Assembly: GCA_013265495.1 (NCBI GenBank)
Contig: MU062133.1
Location: 23,119,623-23,183,622 of the forward strand
DNA length: 64,000 nucleotides
From: Vicugna vicugna
Lineage: Eukaryota
Direction: 5' to 3'
In this document: piece after piece, positions 1 to 11,700 of the stretch
Numbering within the stretch: the stretch's first letter is position 1
Layout: each line of letters begins with the position of its first letter
Program-made: the position numbers and the translations under genes
The notes under the pieces: model-generated
The model's database searches: none
Told to the model about the DNA's origin: nothing
What the model saw: only the letters and a program-made list of their open reading frames with translations

Positions 1-865
1 AGTATTATAAAAAAACAAAACAAAAACAACAAAGCCCCTCTTCATCTCTACCACCCAGAGATGACTATCATATATCCGTTAAGGGTTGGGGTTTTTTGTT
101 TTTTCTTTAATGATCTCTATTTGTGTTGTATGTGGTATAAATGGTTCAATAAAAGACCTTTTATTTGTGGAAAGTTACTACAGTGGTGTTGAAACAAGTT
201 GAATCAGTGGGGATCATGGTGGGGAAAATATAATGAAAAATATAATTTAAAAATTCCTCTGAAATATCTTTTCCCCTTCTATATTTAGGGGGGGAGAAAC
301 AGTCCTTTGAACTTTGATTAAATTTGGATCAGGTATTTTCTTTGATCTTCAAAATATTTATGTTATATTATAAGTGACTTTAACAACATATTATATTACT
401 TTTCCTATAATGATTGCCTGTAGCCTGGGATGGTATTAACTCCCTCTAGGATTTAGAAATCCAGGATTTCCCATGTTGGTAGAAAGTGGGATATTAAAAA
501 CATCTGTTATAGTGTTCTGAAGCTATAAATTTCAGTTATGAGCAGGCTAATACAAATTTGACAAAAGATCAGAATCAAATTAATGCATGACTTTTTAAAA
601 TCCCTTGCTGAAAATTGAAACTCATGCTTAGCAAGTGTTTATTTTAAAATCATGGGCTAATTGTCCACATCAAAAGTCATTCTAACACTTTCTCTAGGAC
701 AGAATCTGATGAAAGGTGGAGCTGTCCTGGACACCAGCCAAAGAATTTAGTTTGTGAGGAACCCAAAGGCCCTGATATAAGACAGTTCCATCCATGTGAA
801 ATGGGAGGGTGAGAACATTCAGAATTCCCCTTGTAATTAGCTCAGCTCTTGTTCTGTTGCAATTC

Positions 866-960
866 TTTTTTTTTTTTTTTTTTTAAGGAAGGTACTGGGG
901 GTTGAACCCAGGACCTCATACATGCTAAACATGTGCTCTACAACTGAGCTATAACTCACC
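866..960 (-). mobile_element. tRNA-Ala-derived camelid SINE (Vic-1 type), short form
   Basis: Reverse strand TATAGCTCAGTTGTAGAGCACATGTTTAGCATGTATGAGGTCCTGGGTTCAACCCCCAGTACC plus A tail; Pol III A/B boxes. Confidence 0.85.
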
Positions 961-1148
961 CCGCCCCTGCATTTCATTTTTAATTGTAGTTGTGAACAAG
1001 GTATTTTGAGAGATGGTATATAGTAAATTATGTCCATCAAGTATTTTAATACTATGGAAAGACTTCAGGATATGAGAGGCAAGCACATTTTATCTGCCTG
1101 GTGAATTAAATTACTGCTTTTAAATGTAATCTCACTCTCTCTATAAAA

Positions 1149-1620
1149 CAGAGGTTCTTGACCTTTTTAAGCTTAAGCCTAGATCCCTCTGGGAATATGG
1201 TGGAACCTATACATCTCTTCTGATAATTTTTTAAGCTTCAGAGTAAAATTCATAAGATTAGTAGGAAACCAATTGGGCTGAAATACAGTTATTAAAATCA
1301 TTTTGAAGTACAACAGTAATACATGTGCTCTTTATGTAATATATTAAATAAAAATCTGGTGGTGGATCTAGTAACTACCATGATTTTGAAATAGTGATGA
1401 GAGTAAACAGTATTTTGAGATGTCTGCAACAACTGTTATGTAATATAAAAATATGTGAATTCTATGGTGAAGAAGTCCTGGTATCACTGATAATACGGTG
1501 GTTTGTTGTCTACATTCATAATGGAAGGAAATTCCATATTTCACTTGACGGTTAATGGAAATAGTGTTTGTTCTTGCCTATCCAAGTTTGCAGATCCTCT
1601 GAATTCTACCCATGGGCATT
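1149..1620. mobile_element. hAT-Charlie-like non-autonomous DNA transposon relic
   Basis: CAGAGGTTCTTGACC terminus and internal gtggtttgttgtctacattcataat..ggaaatt..catccaagtt similarity; subfamily not determined. Confidence 0.55.
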
Positions 1621-2699
1621 ACCACAAAGCCATTCTTTTTCCAATTCTCAGTATAGATTTGACCCAGATTTGCTGCAAGTAGCCGGATGCCTCTATTGCT
1701 GGGACCTGCCTTGCCACAGATTTAGAAGCTGACTCTGTTACTAAAGAATTTCCCTCTTAGCGTTTGTCAGGATCATGGGCTTACATGAGGAACTGTTCCA
1801 GGTGGAGAAAACACTGAAATTCTGTCAAACTTGGATTCATTTTGGTGTCTGTATCTGCTTTATTCTTCACTTGGCTCTTCTTTGGGTAGTAAAATACACT
1901 TTATTTCCCTAAACTTAAATTTGCTCTTTGTTGATAATCAGGATGGTGAGGACCAACTATGGGTCTGAGATTTCTCCAAGTGGGGCTTGACTGCATCAAG
2001 GCCATTTCTGTACGTATAAGATTCCCACTTGATAAAGTGGCAGCCTTAACAATTGGAAATCATATCCACAAAGAAAAGCAGTCTTAAGGAAGTCAAATAA
2101 TGGACGTTTACATTTGCTAGGAGACTTCCCTGTGGGTTTGACTCCCTTAAGGGCATTCTCCATATGACTAACCAATCTGTCCTACTAAAAAGGGACCGAA
2201 GGGAGATTCTGTCCATTGTAAGATCTGCTTCAAAATTTTGCCATCAGATGAGCCTGGGGTCAGGTTTGGTTCGTGAGCCCTTTGAGCATGCCACCTCAGG
2301 ACCACACTGATCAAAGGCAAGATAAGCCAAGGCTGCCTCATACGGCTGTGCCCCAACATGGGCTCCCGGCTGAGATCCACCACGTCCAGCTTGCACTATG
2401 CTCACCATATTGTGTGCCCCAGTGAGGGGCAGCAGCAGCCCAAGAGAAGTGGTCTTTTTAATTTACAAAAAGGTATCACCTGCTTTCCAAGCCATGAATC
2501 TACAAGCCTGAGAGCGCAGGAAGGTCTCTTTTTCTAAGTTAGATAGCCCTGAGCCACAGATTCAGGGACCAGAATTGAACTAATATTTGAGAAGCAGGAG
2601 AATTAGAACAGAGACTGGAGCACTTTTCAGTTAAACCCTCAAAGTATCATCCCAACTGCTTAGTAAAATATGAAGCAAGAAATGGTAACTCTAAATGGG

Positions 2700-2825
2700 T
2701 GTCATTTAGTCCATCATAAATTCAGGAAACATTTGTTGAATATGCACCAGACCTTATTCTTGGTGCTGGGGATATAAGGATAATTAATTCAGGCTCCTAG
2801 TCCTCATGAAGCCCACAGTTCAGCC
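2700..2825 (-). mobile_element. L2 3' end fragment
   Basis: acatttgttgaat...gtgctggggata...gcccacagt resembles the reverse of the L2 3' end. Confidence 0.6.
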
Positions 2826-3269
2826 TTTGTGTATAAAAGGATACTTGACACTATAGAACCATTAGCTTAGCTTCTAATTGCTGATACTCCATATTCTTAT
2901 TCAGGTTAACTTAGAATTTTGCAATTTTATCAATACATATCAAAATTATTTTGTATATAATAATAAACAGTACATCATTAAAGAATATTCTGAGAGGGTA
3001 ATATCAGTCAATACACACTCTAAAACGTCAACAGTTTAAGATATGTAGCATCTTTGCAAGAATAGACCTGTTGATTAAAAATAATAATAATTATTCTGTC
3101 ATTGGAATAGGGAGGTAAGTTGAAATAGACTAATTTATAAGAATCTAATGTTGACAAAGTAGAAAGTGAAAGACAATAGAAAAAGAATTGTTTATTGAAT
3201 AACTGTTACATTTTGAAAAATTAATTAAAATTCATGCATCATTGGATACACTAAATAAAATCAAAACTG

Positions 3270-4260
3270 AATGTAAATAGGCAGAGCACAGAGGATTTTT
3301 AGGATAGTAAAAATACTCTGTATAATACCATAATGATGGATATATGCCATTATATATTTGTCCAAACTCACAGAATCTAGAACGCCAAGAATGGACCATA
3401 ATGTAAACTATGGACTCTGGATGTTAATGATGTGTTGATGTAGGTTCATCAGTTGTAATAAATGCCCCACTCTGGTGGGGGATGTTGATAATGGGAGGCG
3501 CTGTGCACGTGTGAAACAGAAAGTATATGGGAGATCTCTGTACCTTCCCCTCAACTGCTTTAAACGTAAACCTGCTAGTCTAAAAAAATGAAGTCTTAAC
3601 TTTAAAAACCTACATATGAAGCATTAAACTATAAGAAAACCAGGAAAAAATAAAATTGGTTATTTATTAAAACTCTTAGGATAGAGGAGGAGAGATTATT
3701 TTCCTAAGCCCAGAAGAATAAAGATATTATAAAGGAAAATATTGACACCTTTCAACTATTCTATTTAATAAAAATATTATAAAGGTTTAAAATATAGTTG
3801 AAATAAAAGGATAAAGAGTACATCAGAAAATATATTTGTAGCAAATATGAAAAATACTATTTCACTATGAATATTAAAACTTATGAAGATGTCTAGACTA
3901 AAAATATGAACAAAAACACTCAGAAAAAGTATGCATAACAAATACAGTGGCATGTCTAACATCCTCTGAATCATAAATACCAGTTAAAACAAGTTATCAG
4001 TTCCTCCTACTACATTAGCAATAAAAAACTATAGAAACTGGCAATCATTTAGTGAAACTTGTATTTATAATGATATTTTTAAATTGTTATATCCTTTTAG
4101 GGAAGGTTTCTCATGATATATGTCAATTACTTAAAAAAAAAAAACAAAAACCTTTTCAATCCTCTTCATTTCACCCCCACCCAAAAATCTGAACTATGGA
4201 AAAAGGTGAATATATCAAGATATTGACCAGTGTTGTAATTTAAATGGTCACACAATTCGT
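3270..4260 (+). mobile_element. Old L1 fragments (L1MC-type 3'UTR 3270-3600 followed by degenerate L1M body)
   Basis: aatgtaaactatggact...ccactctggtgggggatgttgataatgggagg...tatatgggagatctctgtac is typical of L1MC 3' ends. Confidence 0.7.
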
Positions 4261-4295
4261 TATTCAAACCCATTACCTTTCAAGAGTGCAAGGCA

Positions 4296-4410
4296 GGGGT
4301 GGATGTAACTCAGTGACAGAGCGCATGTTTAGCATGCATGAGGTCTTGGGTTCAATTCCCAGTTCCTCCATTTAAAAAATATATATAAATAAATAAACCT
4401 AATTACCTCC
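4296..4410 (+). mobile_element. Vic-1-type SINE, long form
   Basis: tRNA-like head, taaataaataaacctaattacctccc tail and A14; imperfect TSD aagag(tg)caag. Confidence 0.88.
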
Positions 4411-5637
4411 CTCACCAAAAAAAAAAAAAAGAGCAAGTGGCAGTATTTATAGTAATATCTGGACAGCAGGTATATGGTAGAATCATTATGAGCAAATTAG
4501 GATGTATGGCCATCCAATTTATAACAGCCAAAACAAGATAATTTAAAAATCATTTAAGTCTAATAATAGAATAACTAAGTACTGTACGATATATTCCTGT
4601 GATGAGATCAGCTACTCCTATGTATTAAAAAAAAGTATGAGTTAGAATACTTTAAATGGGCTGTAAAATCTTACATATTATTAAAATTAAGTAAAGCCAA
4701 GCATTTATAAAAACAGAAGGAAATGCTTTAAAATCATAATAATTTTTTTAGAGAAATGTTCATGGTTTGAGTTTTCTCCATGATATAATTTTCCAAATTT
4801 CCTGTAATGCATTTTAGAATTTAAAAACTATATGCTTCATGATACTTTAGAATGAGCATTATTACAGGTTTTCCTGGACGTGACTGGCTCTCCTCTCACT
4901 CCCAACAGGGAGGGCTCAGGAGCTCTTCACCAAGCCACCTTGAACATGGCAGCAGTGTGTCTTACAACTTAATGCTTGATCTCTATTTTGGTATCTAAAA
5001 TAATCTCTACTCTGTTTCCCAATTCAAGAGGATTTTAGGCTGCTTCTTTTAATATTTGAAACTTTGGCAAAGACGCGTTTATTGACTAGACTTATTATTA
5101 TCTAGACATCATCATTTTGTATTTGTTGCTGATCTCATTACATATTTAGGGAGGAGAGAAGAAATCTGGATAATACAAAGCAAGACATCCTCAAATTCAA
5201 AACACTTGACTTTGGAATGTTATGTGTCCTATAGTGTCCTATATGCTCATTTCCTCTGTACTCTGCCGGCAACCGTTTCTCAGCACACAGTCCAGCAACT
5301 TGACTAGATGTTGTTGAATTAGAAAGTCCCCGATTCCAACAGATGACTCAGTTTTAGCAAATAGTTACTATACCTCTGAATAGTTTTTCTGCTTTGATTA
5401 TTTGTTGATTAGGTAATCAAGGGATGGTAAGGCTTACTAGGAGTCTATATATAGAAAACTTATACCTCTAACAAGATATAGTATTTATTGAGCTCTCATT
5501 CTTTCACTCTGAGCCTCATATTATGAGGACAAAGTTAACTTGCATAGCACTTGAGGCTGCATGTGCTGTTTCGGCTAGTTTTGTGCTACTAATGTTGGGT
5601 GATGGTGACTGTGGGTTAATTAGCTTCCATTGATCGA

Positions 5638-5656
5638 TGATGCCACCTGGTGGCCA
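5638..5656 (-). promoter_or_regulatory. Candidate CTCF site TGGCCACCAGGTGGCATCA
   Basis: Close match to the CTCF core consensus. Confidence 0.6.
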
Positions 5657-7389
5657 GAAAATACATTTTGTGGTAGCCATGCATGCTGCACCAACCTTTT
5701 TTGATTTGATACAAATAACCTCAGTAGTGTTTGAGGTGTTTTTATTAGTGAAGTTTTGAAAAATGCCTAGTTTGGCTTGGCGGAAACAGTAAAGCCTTGG
5801 AATTGAGAAGATAGTCTAGAATACTGTAAGTATAACATGGTGAATTGAAATGAGTCCTGCGTCTCTTTTTTTTTTAATGAGGCTCGTACAGGATACTAAG
5901 GACGTAAATGGTATATAGTAAATTCCTTTTGACTAACACAGGAGTGTCTGTCTGGTCTCCTTTCCTGGGTTTCACCTGGGTTATGACAGTCACTGGAACA
6001 GCTGGTGATTTCATTGCTCCTCCCACCTGACTCAGAGGGTTATCAGTCATGTTCTTCTTACTCTGTAATTACAGCAGTGATTCTTAACTCATGGGCTTGT
6101 CTTCCTAGAAAAGGTAAAAGTCCTCAAAAGCAGGATGTACTACAAGACGCCCTGGAAATATGGATGGATAGATACACTGGAAAGTTGAATTCTAAAATTT
6201 AGTTTTAGCAAGCTGAACTTTGAAAATTGAATTTTAAGATTTTTTTTTTTAATTGGCAAGAAAGTAAACCTATCTCCTTGATTAGTAGCATGATTTTGCA
6301 ACATCTTAATGGTGGCTTTTCTGCTCAGCCGGTTTGTGTATTTCTACTTTATTCTTGAAAGTTCAGTTTGGCAGGCAGCAGCTGAACTCGAGTACAAGGT
6401 AAGAAAATGAGATTCAAGTTTATGGGGCTCAGCACAGTAATTCTGAGGTCAGGATTTCCTAATAAGGACATCTTCCTGTGAACTCTTTGGTTTAGAGAAA
6501 TGTCCCAGTTTGCATGGATATGCTTCTGTCTTAAAGAACAAGAATTGAAGACAAAATAGGAACTTGCCATGAATCTGATACTTAGATAAACCTACTTTCA
6601 TTTCCACACTCTTCAGCTGACCGCAGGCTTTAAGGAACATCACTTTTGATTAATGAGGTAACCTGGATCTTGAGAATATCTAAGAAGAGTAAGTTTTTCT
6701 CCAAACCCTGTTGCTTTCACAGAAAAGTTAAGCATTTGGATTCACCAAACATGGCTTATATGTGGAATGTATTCTGAATGGGGTCAGAGTTAGATTAAGT
6801 TCACTTTTCATCTCCAGATGAGGCTGAGTATAGTGTATAATCAGTGTATTTTGTTAATTTTTGTGGTTTTCTTATTTATTTGACTGGAAGAATGCTCTCC
6901 AACTTGTGTGTTCAGTTTGCTTTCAGATCTAAATTGCTTGTGATAGTCTCTGGCAGGATAGAACCTATGCTCTAGTGCACAGAAGCTTAATTTCGTCATA
7001 CACAACATCTCACTGTGGCTTATTGCCAGGGCTGGATATTTATAATGTGCATGTCTAGACTCTCACAGGTTCTTGAATCACTGTCTCAAAGATGTACAGT
7101 TTCAGCAGTTGAGTGTGTGTGTTTACTATGAAGTTAGAAAAGCTGACATTAACATCCAGGTTTCCCTTTGTGCCTTTGAGCATAGCTTCATGAATCTGTG
7201 GGATAAAATTATATCTGTTCAATAATGTTGCTCAGTTGAGATTAGATGTGATTTAAAATGCATTCAGTCTTTTCGTATGCCTTTCCTCTTTGTATTTTCT
7301 CAACTCCTACTGCATTAGGATTGGTTTCAGCTTTTTTTGCCTTTTACTTAAACTAGGACATAATCCTGTCTGAAAAACAATTTTTTTTC

Positions 7390-7930
7390 CTTTAATCCAT
7401 TAAGCATTTCTTGTCCCCTGTATGCAAAGGCCATGGCTAAGTGCTAGGAGAGAAAGAAAGATGGATCAGATGTGGCTCCTGCCCACAAGGAGCTTTTAGT
7501 CTAAGGAAAAAGAAAATGATCAGAAGCGTGAAGTGAGTTAACTGCTGAGTGAGGTATTGTTCAAAGGGAAAGACTATTTCTTTCAAATGGAAAGTTTGGT
7601 AGGAGAGGAGGAATTTGAGTTGAGTTCTGAAGAATTATGAATAGAATTTTTATATGCAGAGACAGAGAAAGGATTCAGAAGAAGGGAGCATTAGAGACAA
7701 AAAATATGGAGCCAGGAAAAACATGGGAAGTGTTTAAGGAATTGTGCAGAATCAAGCTTTGGTAAGAATAAAGGGCTTGTGTTAGACAGTAGCGAGAGAG
7801 AAAATCAGAAAAGTCAATGGGGACTTGTAGTGGGAACTTTAAATTCCAGGGAATGAAATTTGTTTTAATTTGATAGTTAATGGCAAGCCATCCCACATGT
7901 CTCCACAGAGAAGGAAATACTACCTTGAAA
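7390..7930 (-). mobile_element. L2 fragment
   Basis: cattaagcatttc...gtgctaggag...cctgcccacaaggagctt..agtcta followed by purine-rich L2 body. Confidence 0.65.
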
Positions 7931-8048
7931 TCCTGTGACATATCTTTGTATTAAAGATTTATTTAATACAGCCTATTGCCTTTTTAAAAAAAATTGTAAA
8001 AACTCCTATATACCATGTTGTTCATTTACAGACCATCTTCATTTAGAC

Positions 8049-8252
8049 CAGGGTTTCTCTATGTGGCCCTATTGACATTTTGGTCAGATAATTGATAATT
8101 CTTTGTTGTAGGACTGTCCTGTGCATTTGTAGGAAATCTAGCAGCATCCCTGGCCACTAACCACTAGATGCCAGTAGCACCCCCTTTCCCCCAGTTGTGA
8201 CAATCAGAAATGTCTCCAGGAGGGCAAATTTATCCGCATTTGAGAACCAATG
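8049..8252. mobile_element. MER20 (hAT-Charlie MITE)
   Basis: CAGGGTTTCTC...gcagcatccctggcc...ccactagatgccagtagcacccc...gttgtgacaa...TTGAGAACCAATG. Confidence 0.85.
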
Positions 8253-8414
8253 GTCTAGATACATGTATTGCATTTTTCTGGTGTTCTAGGCATTATTAGC
8301 CTCTTAAGATAGACAAATCTAAGAGTTCATTAGGCATCTAATCTATTAATGCTTGAAATTTGGTACTAGACAATACATCTAACCTTGAGATTAAGGTATT
8401 TCATGTGTGTTAGA

Positions 8415-8535
8415 GTAAAAGAGCTGAACTTGGCATCAGGAGACCTGGATTCTAGTCCTGACTGTGACACAGAGAGATTGTATTACTTGGGTAATACCGT
8501 GTAGCCTGATTCCTCATCTCTAAAATCGCGAGTGC
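8415..8535 (+). mobile_element. MIR fragment
   Basis: agacctggattctagtcctgact...ttcctcatctctaaaat core. Confidence 0.6.
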
Positions 8536-8738
8536 AACCTCTAAAGCTCTGATTCTGTGTCCTGATTTGTTCAAGTTGATCCCTGGGCTTAATTCTTTCA
8601 CATTTTTAGAACATTAACACAAATCGAACAAGTGTGTATTAACCAATAAGACTGACTGGAGTATTGAATAAGAAAGACAAATGTTTTTTTCCTTAGTAAT
8701 TTATTGTACTAAATACTATGATTTTTTTCCTTTTCTAG

Positions 8739-8789
8739 ATTATTTGAAAAATCTCTTAGAAGACTCTGGAGATTACAGAGACACTCAAG
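8739..8789 (+). CDS. FGD6: FGD6 coding exon (end of DH domain) [17 protein letters not shown]
   Basis: ttttctag|ATTATTTG...CAAG|gtaaat, 51 nt, phase 1-1. Confidence 0.96.
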
Positions 8790-11700
8790 GTAAATAACCT
8801 TTGTGGTCTTATGTGTTACAGAAGTTTTTATATTATATTTATTTGGCCCTAGATAGTAAAAATGTAACGGAACCCATATACAAAACTGTATTTTATTTGT
8901 AACAAGTCTTTTTAAAAACTCTATTTTGGGCAAATTAAAATAGAACTAAGTAAAGTGGTAGAGTGGTGCTGGATGGAGGTGAAATTATAGGGACAAAAAG
9001 ATGCCCGTGGCCAGGCAGCCATGGGAGCCAGCCTCCTGAAAGGGTGGTCCCGGCATAGTCTGTAGTCAGGAAGCTTCATCCTCCTGTGCTCTGTCTCTCT
9101 GTACCGGGGTAAATTCACCTTCTCTAGATGTCCACTGCTTTCAAAAGTAGGTACTGAAACAGTTGATCTGCAAGGTCCTTTTAGGCTTTAAAATCACGAG
9201 TCCATGAAGTGACCAAACTACACAAATTAGGGAGAAGTTCTGAAATAGCCTGTTGTGCTGGGACTGTTTAATGATCAGCATTAGCCTTGTCATCCTTTCA
9301 CCCCCTCACCCCCAGTAGTCCTTAAGGAAGTCGTACATTACAACGCAAGGGACCTGTTGATAGTCACAGGATAATCCTGTGTCTGTGTGTGTGTATGTCT
9401 GTCTGTCTGTCTTTCCCTCTCTCACACATACACATACACACACATAAGGATGAATTCTGTTCAGGATAGTGGTGGTTCTTTCTATTTATCCCCAAACTAC
9501 CTCTTCCAAATGTCATAGGTATATCCCTGGTTCTAATCTAGAAACACCTTAGGCAAGTCCATCTCTACCCCATTGATTTTACGAATTTTGACCACATTCT
9601 TGTGCATCCTTTACATTTTCAAATTACAAAGCTGAAAGGCTCTTAACCCATTTTATAAGAGATTCTTACTCATTCTATTAATCATTTTACTTCTTCTCTA
9701 TCTTCTCTTTGGAAATGTTACACTTTTTAATATGCTTTTTAAAGGAAAAGTTTGAAGTGGTGGGTATGACATACTTCTTGTCTTTGGTGAACATATAGTT
9801 TAGTTGAAGAAGAAAGTCTGTAATACTCATCATCAGATAAAGAACAAAGAAGACAACTTTTAAGTAAGGATGCACTGAGCAGTATAGAATCATTTGGGAG
9901 AGGGAGAAAAGCATGAAGTTCAAAGAGGCAGAGCTTCGCTTTGAGAGAAGTAGGGCCAGACAGGAGCCGACTGGAGATGGTGGATGAGAGGAAGAGTGGA
10001 CATTCCAGATCAGAGTCTGTCTCACGGAGATAAACATTTTAGACAGATCTTAACAAATAAGGCCTCAAGGAAACATACGTCCCAGGGCTTCTGCCTTCAA
10101 GCATAGCGAGTTATTAACTCCATTTTACTGATAAGACAAATACAGGGCCAGAGGTTAAGGAGCTTGTTTAAAGAAAATTACATACTTCAGCAAAGACATG
10201 GCTTAGAATAAACAGTGAACAGTGAGGTATACTTTGTGGCCAGAGGCAATGCAGTAAAGAGATGATTGGTTGTAGATGAGATTGCCCAAGGGCAAGGAAA
10301 TATGAGACCAATATACCTTTGAAGGTAAGCAGAAGAGTGAATGGAACAGTCACCAGGGCCTTTTAAAGAGATGACATGGGTAAAGTAGAATTGCAGAATG
10401 GATGAAAGAAGTCAGAGCTTGGCGGCCAGGTGACCAAATAGCAGCAGCTTTATTATTTCATCCATTCATTAAATTTTAAACTTTTGTTCCTGTCCACTGG
10501 GAATTCAAGCAAGCCAGAAAGTGGTGAATGTGTCCAGGGTCACCTCTTGAATATCTGCCATGACAGGTGCCAGATGCAATAAATTCTGATATGTGGTCAG
10601 GGTCTCTAAAGGAAATACTGCTTTCCTTTAATAATGGTGATAAGAATACACTTAAGGAACATAAGAACCTCCAGGGGTGGTACTAGAAAGAGTATCCTTT
10701 GGTCAGTTACAGTAGCTGGACCAAAAAACCTCACACCCTTTCCAGAAATTGATCTCTTTAAAAAAAATAGTCCTTTCATTGACGATTATTCTCACTGCCC
10801 CACCAGCCTCAGGAGGCCATGCTTCCCTCTTAAACACTCTACCAGTTTTTCTCCCTGGAAGTGCTACTGTCATATTATATAGAGTAACCTTTTTGTGGAT
10901 TTCTCATTAGTATTGAAGGATTTTTAACATCCCTGGCTCCTACCCACTAAAGGCCAGTGGACCTTCCCAGTTTGTGACAACCAAAAGTTGCCTTACACGT
11001 GTCCCGATGTCCCAAGGGGAACACTACTGTCTTAGATTGAGAACAACTGTTGCCCAAAAGGAGACAAAGTATAGACTTTTTCGTTTATATCTACTCACAC
11101 AGATAATAAGACTGAAACATTCAGAAACATTTAATAAAGGCAAGGGGTTAATAAAAAGAATAAAACACAGCTGAAGCTAAATAACCTAGCTCACAAAATA
11201 ATGTAATATAATTTCCTAAGGTCCAGTAGGCTTCCATGTGGCATTTCTTCCTTTTTCGGACCAGACTAAGAAAAAGCAGCTGAGCCCTGATCCTCTTAAA
11301 TAGTTGCTTCTCAGAATTCTGGTTTCCTATCCCAGAATCCTTCTCTCCCAAGGCAGTTTATCCTGGAATGGTCCTTAGCTTCCAGGTAAAATCCTATCTT
11401 TATCCTTGTAAACTTCAACAGAACAATCAAATCTCAGCAGAAAACAACCCTATCATTGATACACAACCCATACTGTTGATACTCATGGTCCATAATGTCT
11501 CTTTAGTGTCTTCCAAGCTCATATTTTTCATAAGTACTGTTTTTACCTTGCTTTTGCTCTCCTTGAACCAACCTTATCGTCTCTATTTCTGCCTACTTGC
11601 AGTTAACTGAGCTCCTCCAGTGGTTGGTGGTTGGTGACAAGATAGCTATCTTATTGTCTGGAGTTGCTCAGTGTTGCAATTCATTGGTAATGATGATGAC

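Noticed and set aside
708-774. C/D-box snoRNA-like TGATGA...CTGA pair
   Set aside because: No terminal stem, no purine before the C box, no recognisable guide sequence.
866-960. tRNA-Ala genes at the SINE heads (also 4296, 14455, 27945, 52781)
   Set aside because: Mismatched stems, A tails and TSDs show they are retroposed SINEs, not functional tRNAs.
6363-6404. Strong orphan donor AAG|gtaaga as a cryptic FGD6 exon
   Set aside because: No convincing paired acceptor or coding signal; isolated consensus donors are common in long introns.
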